64,000 nucleotides of DNA from Phyllobates terribilis (GCF_046119375.1 NW_027362762.1:388926001-388990000); one strand, 5' to 3'. Numbered from the stretch's first letter, positions 1 through 11,471 are shown. A program made the numbers and translations. The notes: generated by a model from the sequence alone, not told the origin.

Positions 1-1062
1 TGCTCTGAATAATTCACGAGTGAAGGAGATGCGTTTCCCAAATGGGTTATGACAATACATTTCCTGTGCTGACATGCAGCATAACTGGAGGTAAGTATGA
101 TATGTGTACTTAACATATAGCGGCATTTTGTCCACCAACATGTCTAATAGATTGGGTGAGATTATGATTTTGACAGTGGTGTTATGGTTACTGCTTTGGC
201 ACTGGCTATTACTTTTCCCATTTTTCTGACAGATTCAAGATAAAATACAGCAGCAGATGATACTGTTCTTTCCAGACACAAGCAAAAGAGAACTGACCGA
301 AAAGAACTATGCCATGCAAAAGCATCAACAAAGTCTTTATAATATGCTACCCAAAGCTTTTTTAACCCTTTTCCGTCTGGACGTCTTTTTTCTTGTTCAC
401 ATTTTTGTTTTTTCCTCCCCCTCTTAAAAGAACCATCACTTTTTTTATTTTTCTACCAAGCTATAGCTCTAAGAGGGCTTGTTTTTGCTGGACGAGTTGT
501 AGGTTTGAAGGACACTATTCATTTTACCAAATAATGTATGTATAGAAAACCAGGGAAAAAATGCAAATGGAGTAATATGGTGAAAAAAGCAATTCCATCA
601 ACGTTTTTGGGGTTTTCTTTTTCCAACATTCTTTATGCAATAAAACTGACCTGGCAACATGATTCTCCAAGGCAGTATGATTACAGCAACACCAGATTTA
701 TAATGTTTTTTATGTTTCATTGGCTAAAAAAGATTTTCTACGTAAAAAAAAAATTGCTTTGTGACGCCATTTTCTAGGATCTGTAGCTTTTGTATTTTTA
801 TGCCAATGGACCTGTGTAAGGCAATTGTGGGTTGCATATGACGTTTTGATTCTTATTGGATTGGATTGTATTCTTATTGTATTTTGGGGGGAAGTGCACA
901 GTACTTGGAGTTTTTTTTTTTGCTTTACATTGGAGTTAAATAATTTAATATATTCATAGAACAGACTTTTATGGACACAACTAGGAAAAGTTGGGTGATT
1001 TAAACATTTTTTCTTAAACTTAAATGAAATCTGTCAGTAGGATCAACCCTCCTAAGCTGTCT

Positions 1063-1668
1063 AAATGGGCATGTAGGTTATAGGAAGCTGAATGAAGTGT
1101 TGCCTTGATATCTGCGATCCGATGTCTTATTCCAGAAAAATCCACATTTTTCTTATATGTATATAAGCTGTTCAGGGCTCTAGGCAGAACACAGATCTGC
1201 ATGAGAATCTGCCTCTAGAGAATATTTTAAATAAAAGGGAAGTTACCAGTGAGAGACCTATAACTAACACAGGACAGTAGAACTGAACTTTGTCTCATAA
1301 CAAACACATTAGCATCTGCAGCTCTCCCAGCTTTGCTGTATTGCAATAATATTACAACCCTGTCTGCCTGATAGATGGAAGCTGAAACTGAGAGGAGCCT
1401 GCAGATGTGTCAGGTATAATCACACACAGCTCTGCAGTGAGATCAGGAGAGCAGAGAGCGGCCATTATACATCACACTAGTAACTCTCCTTTAATTGATA
1501 ATAAGTTCTGTAGGCAGTTTCTCAGGGAGATCAGTGTACGGCCCATAGCCTTGAACAGCTCATTTACAAATAAGAAAAACGTGGATTTCTCTTGAATAAG
1601 TCATCGGATCGCAAATATCAAGGTATAATTTAATTCAGCTTCCTATGACGTACTGTACATGCTCATAT
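1063..1668. mobile_element. Palindromic MITE-like non-autonomous DNA element
   Basis: Imperfect inverted arms of about 100 bp: ataggaagctgaat...ccttgatatctgcgatccgatgtcttattccagaaaaatccac (about 1080-1145) versus gtggatttctcttgaataagtcatcggatcgcaaatatcaagg...attcagcttcctat (about 1580-1645). Ends are approximate and no TSD was resolved. Confidence 0.55.
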
Positions 1669-2159
1669 AGATGGTTTCCATATATGCAGTATTGGGCCCC
1701 ACAGTGCCCCTTTATGCAGTATATGGGCTCCACAGCCCCATATACACAGTATGATGTCTCCCACAGACCCAGCATATATGGGGCCTCCACAGCTTCTTAT
1801 ATAAGGTATGAGGTTTCCACAAGTAATGACTAGTGTTGAGCGATACCTTCCGATATCAGGAAATATCGGATCGGATCGGACCGATACCCAAAAAATATCG
1901 GATATCGCCGATTCCGATACCGGAAACCAATGCAGGTCAATGGGACACAAATATCGGAATGAAAATAAACCCTTTCTTTCCTTGTAGGTTAATTCTACAT
2001 GAAGGAAAACAACTAAGAATAATGTAGAATGTATTGGGGGAGGTGGGGGAGACAATAAAGGCATAGAGGTTTAGCCCAATCAAATGGAATAGCAGGAATT
2101 AATATTTTTTTAAGACGTTTGGAGTTACAAAGATATTGACTATGTTAAGCTTTTTTATA

Positions 2160-3050
2160 TTTGGTCAGATATTTATGTTTCACTACTTCCATGCTCTTCA
2201 CCTTCTTTTTTACTTCTCCCACACTTTCTCCTTTATCATCCTCAGCAGCAGCATCTTTTTCATCAACTTCTTCTTCACCTTATTCTTCTTCACCTTCTTC
2301 CTATTATTCTTTTTTTTTACATTCTTCATATTCTTCTTATTCAACTATTATTCTTCTTCATATTCTACTTCTTCATCTTCTTGATATTCTTCTTCTTCTT
2401 CATCATATTCTTATTTGTGACAGGCATTCCTGTAGCTGTTATCTATAAAAGTTTGAAGATTACACCTTCCGTTCTGCCCGTCACGAAAGATTTACAACAG
2501 GATTTGTCCGCGTTCAGTTTGGCCTGCAGCAGCAGGTATTTTCCAGGGGCACCACGAGGAGGAACGGACTCACCTCCATACACTGCTAAGTCTTCTTCTG
2601 CTTACAATTTAGATAATATCTATTGCTCTGATTTTTAGTCTTATGCTTAATGTTCTTCTGCTTTTTGTTCTGCAGCTTCTTGTTCTTCTGCTTCTTGGTC
2701 ATCTTCTTCAGGGTCATCTTCTTGGTGGTTGTCTTCTTGTTCTTTGTCCTCTTAGTCATCTTCTTCGTCATCTTTGGGGTGGTCTTCAGGGTCGTCGTCT
2801 TCATGGTCGTAGTCTTCTTCGGGGTGGTCTTCAGGGTCATCGTCTTCAGGGTCGTCGTCTTCGGGGTCGTCGTCTACTTCGGGGTGGTCTTCAAGGTCGT
2901 CGTCTTCAGGGTCGTTGTCTTCGGGGTTCTCGTCTTTGGGGTCCTCGTCTTCTTCGGGGTGGTCTTCAGGGTCGTCGTCTTCGGGGTCGTCGTCTTCTTC
3001 GGGGTGGTCTTCAGGGTCGTCGTCTTCAGGGTCATCGTCAGGGAGATCCA
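2160..3050. repeat. Low-complexity (TTC)-rich and GTCGTCTTC-based simple repeats inside the hAT element
   Basis: Degenerate tcttct repeats at about 2160-2450 and repeated cagggtcgtcgtcttcggggtggtctt units at about 2690-3040. Confidence 0.85.
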
Positions 3051-3120
3051 GAGTGATTACCAAAAACCATTTCAAAAAGCTTGAACTTGGAAATGTAGCA
3101 GAAGGTACAAGAAGGCTGAG

Positions 3121-4825
3121 GAACTGCCGAGAACCAGCTGACGGTACTGGAACCCGGATGGGTAGCAGAAGATACAAGAGCCAATGGAACTACCGAGGAC
3201 CAGCTGATGGTACTGGAACCCGGTTACTAAGCAGGAAGTACCTGTGCCAGAAAACACTACCAAGGACCAGCAGACATTGGTGGAACTCGGATACCGAAAA
3301 GGAGGCACCTAAGCCAAAGTCACTGCCGAGAACCAGCTGACGGTACTGGAACCCGGATGGGTAGCAGAAGGTACAAGAGCCAATGGAACTACCGAGGACC
3401 AGCTGATGGTACTGGAACACGGTTACTAAGCAGGAGGTACCTGTGCCAGAAAGCACTACCAAGGACCAGCAGACGTTGGTGTAACTCGGATACCGAGAAG
3501 GAGGCACCTAAGCCAAAGGCACTGCCGAGAACCAGCTGACGGTACTGGAACCTGGATGGGTAGCAGAAGGTACACATGAAAAAAAAAGTTGCAAGGCCGC
3601 GAGCCGCCTGGAGTTACCAAAACCCACAGTCCTACAGGGGGTGCTTGTCCTATTGGCACTATGGAACCAGCCTTCATTGCCAGATCCCGCAGCCCACATA
3701 GGAGTCACCTAAACTGCAGGCACCATAGAGTCGGCTAATCCGACCGCAACATGACAGGACAACGTATTGGAGGCAAAGTGATGTTGACACTACTCGGAAA
3801 CAGCTGGCGTGCTGGAACCAGGCTGGGCAGGAGGGGGTACCCATGCCAAAGACACTGCCGAGAACCAGCTGACGGTACTGGAACCCGGATGGGTAGCAGA
3901 AGGTACAAGAGCCAATGGAACTACCGAGGACCAGCTGATAGTACTGGAACCCGGTTACTAAGCAGGAGGTACCTGTGCCAGAAAGCACTACCAAGGACCA
4001 GCAGACGTTGGTGGAACTCGGATACCGAGGAGGCACCTAAGAAAAAGGCACTGCCGAGAACCAGCTGACGGTACTGGAACCCAGATGGGTAGCAGAAGGT
4101 ACACATGAAAAAAAAAGTTGCAAGGCCGCGAGACGGCCGGAGTTACCGAAACCCACAGTCCTACAGGGGGTGCTTGTCCTAATGGCACTATGGAACCAGC
4201 CTTCATTGCCAGATCCCGCAGCCCACATAGGAGTCACCTAAACTGCAGGCACCATAGAGTCGGCTAACCCGACCGCAACATGACAGGACAAAGTATTGGA
4301 GGCAAAGTGACGTTGACACTACCCGGAAACAGCTGGCGTGCTGGAACCAGGCTGGGCAGGAGGGAGTACCAGTGCCAAAGACACTGCTGGGAAACAGCTG
4401 GCGGTGCTGTAACCCGGATGGGTAGCAGAAGGTACAAGAGCCAATGGAACTACCGAGGACCAGCTGATAGTACTGGAACCCGGTTACTAAGCAGGAGGTA
4501 CCTGTGCCAGAAAGCACTACCAAGGACCAGCAGACGTTGGTGGAACTCGGATACCGAGAAGGAGGCACCTAAGCCAAAGGCACTGCCGAGAACCAGCTGA
4601 CGGTACTGGAACCCGGATGGGTAGCAGAAGGTACACATGAAAAAAAAAACTTGCAAGGCCGCGAGCCGGCCGGAGTTACCGAAACCCACAGTCCTACAGG
4701 GGGTGCTTGTCCTATTGGCACTATGGAACCAGCCTTCATTGCCAGATCCCGCAGCCCACATAGGAGTCACCTAAACTGCAGGCACCATAGAGTCGGCTAA
4801 CCCGACCGCAACACGACAGGACAAA
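3121..4825. repeat. Hierarchical tandem array (about 66-bp subunits, about 200-bp units, about 530-bp higher-order unit) inside the hAT element
   Basis: actgccgagaaccagctgacggtactggaacc recurs at about 3123, 3322, 3521, 3854, 4051 and 4582. An A-tract-led module of about 175 bp recurs at about 3578, 4104 and 4636. Near-identical ORFs are offset by 529-532 bp (3674/4203, 3751/4280). Confidence 0.9.
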
Positions 4826-5415
4826 GGCCTAATTGGAGCAAGTTTAAAATCAGTAGTAGTGTGAATGTGGAAAGAGCAGGAGAAATTGCCGGGCACACAG
4901 CAGGGGAACAGCTGACGTTACTGAACCCCAATAACACTGGAGCAAGTGTTGACTGTGCAGACAGCACTTCTGAGCAGCAACTGGTGGTGTTGGAGCCCAG
5001 GGTAAATACTAAAAACAGAGTGGAGCCAGAGGCCTAATTGGAGCAAGTTTAAAATCAGTAGTAGTGTGAATGTGGACAGAGCAGGAGAAATTGCGGGACA
5101 CACAGCAGGGGAACAGCTGATGTTACTGAACCCCAATAACACTGGAGCAAGTGTTGACTGTTCAGACAGCACTTCTGAGCAGCAACTGGCGGTGTTGGAG
5201 CCCAGGGTAAATACTGAAAACAGAGTGGAGCCAGAGACCTAATTGGAGCAAGTTTAAAATCAGTAGTAGTAGTGTGAATGTGGACAGAGCAGGAGAAATT
5301 GCCGGACACACAGCAGGGGAACAGCTGACGTTACTGAACCCCAATAACACTGGAGCAAGTGTTGACTGTGCAGACGGCACTTCTGAGCAGCAACTGGCAG
5401 TATTGGAGCCCAGGG
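4826..5415. repeat. About 212-bp tandem repeat, about 2.7 copies, inside the hAT element
   Basis: cctaattggagcaagtttaaaatcagtagtagtgtgaatgtgg recurs at about 4828, 5033 and 5238. Confidence 0.9.
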
Positions 5416-8400
5416 ATTACAGGTCAGGTGGTAGAAACATGAACACAACAGGAGACCTGGATGCTGTTGCCAACCAATTATTAAATCTGGAAGAGGACTG
5501 GCAAATTCACGCGAGATCCAGGCCTTGTTCATTTTCAGAAAAGTAAGCCGGTCAACGTTATCGGAGGATAGTCGGATGCGACGGTCTGTTAGTCTGTTAG
5601 TACACCACCTGCGGCACTAAAGACGCGTTCCGATAATACACTAGCAGCAGGGCAAGCCAGCATCTCCAATGCATACTGGCTAAGCTCTGGCCATGCATCC
5701 AGCTTAGAGACCCAAAACTTGAAGGGGGAAGAGCCGTCTGGGAGTACACTGACAGGGCAAGACATATAGTCTGTCACCATCTGACGGAAACGTTGCCTCC
5801 TGCTGACTGGAGCCGTCTGTGATGGTGTAGACATTTGTGGCGGGGACACAAAACTTTGCCACATTTCGGCCATACTGGTCTTGCCTTGTGCTGAGGCGCT
5901 GCTTCTGCTCCCTCTTTGTGCAGAGCTTCCTCCACTGCCTCGACGCACTGAGCTGCTTTGTAAAGCACTAGCAGCACTGCTCTCGGTTGGAATGGAGAAC
6001 ATGATGGAATGCACCAGTGCGTCTTGGTACTCCCGCATTTTACGCTCCCGGTTCAACGGTGTCATGAGGCTTTGTAAGTTGTCCTGGTAGCGAGGATCTA
6101 GGAGGGTGGACACCCAATAATCAGCCGTGTTGAGAATGTGGGCGATGTGGCGGTCGTTTCTCAGGCACTGCAGCATGAAATCAACCATGTGCTGCAGACT
6201 GCCAACTGGCCAAGAAACGTTGTCCCCTGCTTGAGGCGTGATCTCTGCCTGCTCTGCATCACCCCACCCTCGCTCTAGATACTGACTACTAGAGCATTGT
6301 GTACCTCCCTCCTCTGGACAGATGTCTTCCTCCTCCATTGACTCCTCCTCATCCTCCTCACAAAGTGTCCCCTGCCTAGGCCTTTGTGAGGAACCACGCT
6401 GCGCAGACTGTACAGAAGCAGATGGCATTTGTGACTCCTCATCCTCCACCTCTTCCAAAACCTCCTCCCTTAGTGCTTGCAGTGTTTTTTCAAGCAGGCA
6501 GATAAGGAGGATAGTCATGCTGACTAGTGCATCATCTGCACTCGCCATCTGCGTGGAATAATCGAAGGCACGCAAAACGTGGCAGATGTCCTTCATAGAG
6601 GCCCACTCAGTGGTGGTGAAGTGTGAACGGCGCGCAGTGCGATTTGTTTGCGCCTGCTGCAGCTGGTACTCCATTACTGCTGCCTGCTGCTCACACAACC
6701 TCTCCAACATATGTAACGTTGAATTCCACCTGGTGGGTAGGTCACATATGATGCGATGTTCCGGAAGGCGTAATCGGCACTGCAGAGCTGCAATGCGCGA
6801 TCTTGCGTTGCTGGAACGCCGCAAGTGAGCGCACTCTATGCGGACCTTGTGCAGCAGTGCATCAAGATCCGGATAGTCCCTCAAAAAACTCTGCACGACC
6901 AAGTTGAGCACATGTGCCAGACATGGGATGTGAGTGAGGTTGCCTAGGCGCAGAGCTGCCACCAGATTTCTGCCATTGTCACACACTACCATGCCTGGCT
7001 GGAGATTCGCTGGCACAAACCACACGTCGCTCTGCTGCTTCGATTCCCCAAATAAATTAATTTCAATACGGCCTGTTGACGTTTGGCCACGGCTGTGCTC
7101 ATATCGGACGTAACAGGTAACCGTTCACGGGTCGATGTGGAGGTAGACCGTGACGGCTCCTGCAGCGCTGATTCAGAGGAACTGGAGTCAATGTGTACAG
7201 ACTGGATTCCTGCAATCCTTGGAGTTGGCAGAACACGTACAGCGCCCTTCTCAAGATCTGTACCCGGCTCCACAACAATTACCCAATGGGCAGTGAGGCA
7301 AAGGTATCGTCCCTGTCCATGCTTACTGGTCCACGCATCGGTGGTCAGGTGGACCTTGCTACTGACGGCGTTTTGTAGAGCATGTTTAATTTTTCCCTCC
7401 ACATGCTGTTGCAGGGCAGGGACGGCTTGCCTGCTGAAATAAAAGCGGCTGGGCACGTTGTATTGTGGGACTGCCAATGCCATCAAGTTACGGAAGGTGT
7501 CAGTCTCCACCAGCCTGAATGATAGCATTTCAAGGGCGAGTAGTTTTGCAATGCCAGCATTCAGAGCCTGTGCTCGGGGGTGGTTTGCCGAGTATGGGCG
7601 CCTTTTCTCCCATGCCTGTGCTAACGATGGCTGTAGACTGGCCTGTGAGTGTGAGGATGACAGGGAACGTGGTGCTGTGGGTAGAATGACACTGTGTCTC
7701 TGTACAACAGTGCCAGAGGTTCTTCCATGGCGATCCTGTGAGGAAGCCGAACGAGCTGTGTGTGAGCTGGAGGAAGAGGCTACAACACGAGCTGAAGAGG
7801 TGGTAGGTGGCGCTGTAGGTTGGCCTAGGTCTTCAGTGTGTCTTTGTAACTCCACCAAGTGCTTGGTCCGCACATGTTTCCACATATTTGTGGTATTGAG
7901 GTTGCTGACACTTTTCCCTCTTTTCACTTTCTGATTACACAGGTTGCATTTGACAAAGCAAATGTCATCTGCAACTGTGTCAAAAAAGGACCAGGCACTG
8001 CAAGTCTTGGGAGCGCCTGTTTTGGGTTTTGGAAGAGGTATGCTCCTAATGGGTGCCGAAGTGGAGGCTACAGGCAACCAAGTCAGCCCCCTCCCTCTCC
8101 CTCCTTTTTGGGCCGTTCGGGGAATCTCTTCCTCAGAGCTGCTCCCACCACCTTCCTGTACCTCACGCCATGATGGGTCAAGGACCTCATCATCTACCCC
8201 ACCCTCTTCAAACAACTGCTCCTCCTTGGTAGTCTCGAGAGCACAGTACGCACCAGAAAGTGGCACCTGAGTCTCATCATCAGATGCGTACTGAGGTGTG
8301 CTGACCATAGGCACTGGCCCACCCGCCTCTTCAGATTCAGAGAGACAAAGCGGTTGCGCATCACTGCATACTACCTCTTCTTCAAATTCTAGAATTCTGC

Positions 8401-8685
8401 TTGGCTGGCCCCCTCTTTCCAAGCCAAGAGATTCAGAGAATAGAAGTAGAGATGGCTCCTTTCCAGGGCTCTCTGACTGCCTGGGCAATTTGGCAGGTAA
8501 TGAAGAGACAGATGGGTGCTCTTCAGTGCTCAGGACCTGAGAGGATCTGGAACTAATTGAAGTCGATGCGTTAGCTGCCATCCATCCGACAACGGCTTCA
8601 ATTTGGTCCTCTCGCAACAGTGGGGTATGGCGAGCTCCTACAAAGCTGTGCATAAAGGACTGTTCCCTGGTAAAATTGGGGGATG
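5260..8685 (-). pseudogene. hAT (Ac/ZBED-like) transposase, main body, disrupted
   Basis: BED zinc finger (AWSFF...CNLC...TTNMWKHVRTKH), first catalytic Asp in LTTDAWTS, CDNG, CLAH, TRWNS and the C-terminal dimerisation motif ACPAASVLSERVFS. Broken by the Gypsy insertion at 8690, a deletion/frameshift near 7030-7045, and an 8-bp duplication at 5584-5599 creating a stop. The recognisable C-terminus (RRIRLSSDNVDRLTFLKMNKAWIS) reaches about 5490 and the frame stays open to 5260. Confidence 0.92.
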
Positions 8686-8689
8686 CTGA

Positions 8690-9690
8690 TGTGGCACCCC
8701 AGGGGTCTGGTTTCCACAGTAACAGCAATGTTATGTCTGAGAGCAGGTGGGAGGTCTCTTGGTCAGGAATCCTATGCATGCCACACCTCCTGCCCAGTCC
8801 TGGGAGGGGAAGGACTTCCCCTATATAAACCTGGGGCTGAGGCAGGGTTAGTGAGTAGAGAAGAAGTAGAGACAGAGAAAAGAAGCAAATATAGGAACAG
8901 AACATCAGGAGCTCTGTGGGAGCAGTGTTACAAGGAGTCAGGGGCTGGCAGCTGCAGAGCTCGCCCTGACTGAGAAGATTTCTTACCGGACCCGGAGTCC
9001 GAGGCTGTGGGGACTAACTCCTACCCAGCAGCAGAATCCGTCAGGCAGGGGATTCCAGGTCCTCTGGCCAAGAAACCCGAAGGCACGGTCACACGCATGG
9101 GACCAGCACCGCCGTCGTGGAGCGGAAGCTACTAGAAGGCCCCGAGTCACCGGCCATACGGGTGAGCACCACACGGTACACTCAGGGATGTGGGCTACTT
9201 ATACCCGCTTCTAGCAAGGTAGCCAGAAGAGTATCGTTAGTTTGGGAGGCCTACAACTCCGCCTGGCCAGGGGAGATCCCATCTGCTCAAGGACTGACCA
9301 GGCCCCAATCGCTAGCCAGTACTCCGGGAGGGTCTATTGTTGTCACCAGTAAAGACCCTGAACTACACCGTACCGTCTCTGAGTGGTTCCTGCTACCCCC
9401 ATCATCCACGTCGGCTGCCCTGAGGCCATACCCCTCCCGTTGGGGGTTATACTATCACGCTGCACAATCCTACCACCGGCCTCAGCGGTCTGCCCTGCAG
9501 CAGCAGCTCCTTAGCTGTACTCAACGGGTGGCGTAGTCGTCCAACATCTACCGCTAATACAGCGCCACTTAGTCTGACTCCCTGGGCACGGACCGGGTCA
9601 CCGCCACGAGACTACAACCCTCAACAGATCCGGCTCCGGGTAAGCTCCCGCATGCGCAACGCAGCGCGACACAGGCCCAGGGGCGCGTCA
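8690..9690 (+). repeat. 5' LTR of Gypsy element 1
   Basis: Starts TGTGGCACCCC and ends GCGCGTCA. Matches 15539-16539 at a constant 6849-bp offset with only three substitutions spotted by eye. Confidence 0.97.
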
Positions 9691-9695
9691 ACTTT

Positions 9696-9714
9696 TGACG
9701 TAGTCGGCAGGATT
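9696..9714 (+). promoter_or_regulatory. Primer-binding site complementary to tRNA-Ser 3' end
   Basis: TGACGTAGTCGGCAGGATT versus expected TGGCGTAGTCGGCAGGATT (complement of vertebrate tRNA-Ser ...AATCCTGCCGACTACGCCA), one mismatch, 5 nt after the 5' LTR. Confidence 0.85.
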
Positions 9715-10131
9715 TCGTGCCCGCAACCACCGGGTACTGCGTGCCTGAAAAAGACTGTTCAAACTTACCAGTGGTGAAGATTCCCGCCATCCGGCGCCAT
9801 CTTCTACATTCTTCCCGCCATCCGCGAAGTTTTCCCGCCATCCGGCGCCATCTTCGGCCTTCTTCCCGCCATCCGTGGAGGTTTCCCGCCATTGGACGCC
9901 ATCTTGAGGACGCCGCGCGGGAAGAAGAGGGGCGTGGACTCCGAAAGCGCGCGAGAACTGAAGTCCCGCCTCACGTCCGGACGTTGCGTAAGGTCCTGGA
10001 AGGAGCCCAGCAGACGCTGACGTCACAGGAGCGCGACGGAAGGTCCTCAACCCGGACGATCCACTGCGGAGCCGCGGCCTACGGAAGAGGATCATCGCAA
10101 GGTAGGCCACGGTCCACTAGGGGGGAGAAGG

Positions 10132-11112
10132 ATGTCGGATACGGAGGAGAGATTCACCGCTTCAACCCCCGCCAGCGCCACCGCTGTTGTGGTCATGCCT
10201 TTCACCATGCCCTATATCCCGGGGGCAGCCTGGCTACCCCAGTACTCAGGGGAATCGCATACCCTGCATGACTTTAGAGAAAAGCTGGATAGCCTCTTCC
10301 AGGTGTACCCCCTTACAGAAGAGCAAAAAGTGAGCATCCTGGTGGCCCAATTAACCGGGGCAGCCCAAAGGGAGGTGAAGTCCTGGCCACCTGGGGGGAG
10401 GACTGTCGCAGGGATACTGGCCCGGCTGAGGGACACCTTTGATACCCGCACCTCAGCCGAGATCAAGCTCAGATTCTACGGGTGCAAACAGCGGGCACAT
10501 GAGAGTATAAGGGACTATGCATTAAACCTACAAGAAGCCCTGAGAGCCATTAAGCAGACCGACCCTGACGGCGTGGGAGACGAGGACAGGCTGTTGACTG
10601 AACAATTTATAGAGGGTTTATATTGCAATGCCCACCGAACCCAGTTGCGGGCAATGGCCTTACAGGACCCTCATCTGGGATTTGCACAGTTCAAGGACAG
10701 AGCCATCCGGGTGCTCCGAGAACCGGCACCAGGTGGCGTTGTGACCCACAGACGCCCCACTACCACTTACCACCAGGAGGCGGCGCCCTTGTCGGCAGGG
10801 CCTGTGGGAGCTGATGCGCAGGCTTTGAGCAATGACCCGGCTCCAGACCTGCACCATCAGGTCCAAGAGCTAGCTAAAAGCGTTGCTGCGCTAACCCGAA
10901 CTGTGCAGTCTTTACAGGTTTCTACTCCAGGGAAGATCCAGCTGGCATCCGGACCGGAGGACATCCCGTGGCGTCGACCAAGGAGGACCCCACCGGCCAG
11001 AGGAAGACCCAGCGACCGATACAACGAGGACGGACGACCCATCTGCCGCCGCTGTAATCAACCCGGACATATGGCAAGGTACTGTCCTTTAAACTGGCAC
11101 AACCTAGGGTAG
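10132..11112 (+). CDS. Gypsy gag (326 aa)
   Basis: Open ORF after the PBS with C-terminal CCHC knuckle CRRCNQPGHMARYC. Confidence 0.92.
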   Translation: MSDTEERFTASTPASATAVVVMPFTMPYIPGAAWLPQYSGESHTLHDFREKLDSLFQVYPLTEEQKVSILVAQLTGAAQREVKSWPPGGRTVAGILARLRDTFDTRTSAEIKLRFYGCKQRAHESIRDYALNLQEALRAIKQTDPDGVGDEDRLLTEQFIEGLYCNAHRTQLRAMALQDPHLGFAQFKDRAIRVLREPAPGGVVTHRRPTTTYHQEAAPLSAGPVGADAQALSNDPAPDLHHQVQELAKSVAALTRTVQSLQVSTPGKIQLASGPEDIPWRRPRRTPPARGRPSDRYNEDGRPICRRCNQPGHMARYCPLNWHNLG

Positions 11113-11130
11113 AGGGCCAACCCCTAGGAA
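11088..11130 (+). promoter_or_regulatory. Predicted -1 programmed ribosomal frameshift signal (gag-pol)
   Basis: T TTA AAC heptamer at 11088-11094 in correct gag phase, followed by hairpin CCTAGGGT...ACCCCTAGG. The -1 frame is open into the protease ORF (11169-11088 = 81 nt). Confidence 0.8.
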
Positions 11131-11168
11131 AAAGATCATCAGGCCCATCGAACTGGCGCGACAAATAT

Positions 11169-11471
11169 GTGGGAGGACGTCCAGTCTTGCCTGTGGTACT
11201 GGATGGCATTCCTATGAGTGCCCTACTGGACACCGGGTCACAGGTCACCACCATCCCGTACGTGCTCTTCAAGCAGTACTGGAATGACTCGGATATTACC
11301 CGCTACCCTGACGACGACTTGAGTATCATCGCCAGCAATGGTCAGCCCGTGCCACAGGTCGGATTTAAAGAGGTGACCATTAAAATTGGTAGAGTTGAAC
11401 TGGCAGCACAGGGACTGATCGTTGTAGACATTGACAAACACGAGTCACCCAAAGATAACTCTAGGAACTAA
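11169..11471 (+). CDS. Gypsy aspartic protease segment of pol
   Basis: LLDTGSQVT active-site motif. Out of frame with the rest of pol by +1 near 11450. Confidence 0.88.
   Translation: MGGRPVLPVVLDGIPMSALLDTGSQVTTIPYVLFKQYWNDSDITRYPDDDLSIIASNGQPVPQVGFKEVTIKIGRVELAAQGLIVVDIDKHESPKDNSRN

Noticed and set aside
1-1830. Search for XK exon 2 here and in 17934-21929
   Set aside because: No sequence resembling CFEVFCIY...AFLGSAPQL was found on the minus strand by eye.
3640-3680. GGTTCCATAGTG (minus strand) resembling a tRNA-Val 5' end
   Set aside because: The match is limited to 12 nt, with no cloverleaf or B-box.
3121-5415. Regularly spaced repeats as a possible CRISPR array
   Set aside because: The intervening sequences are themselves repeated rather than unique spacers, the context is eukaryotic, and there are no cas genes.
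2136-5546. Dozens of overlapping ORFs in the hAT repeat arrays
   Set aside because: Explained by low-complexity and tandem repeats lacking stops; no domain evidence.
8683-9892. ORFs within the Gypsy 1 LTRs and leader (for example the 139-aa ORFs at 9117 and 15966)
   Set aside because: They are duplicated only because the LTRs are duplicated, and show no recognisable domain. The N-terminus of ORF 6986..8905 is likewise an artefactual LTR-transposase fusion.
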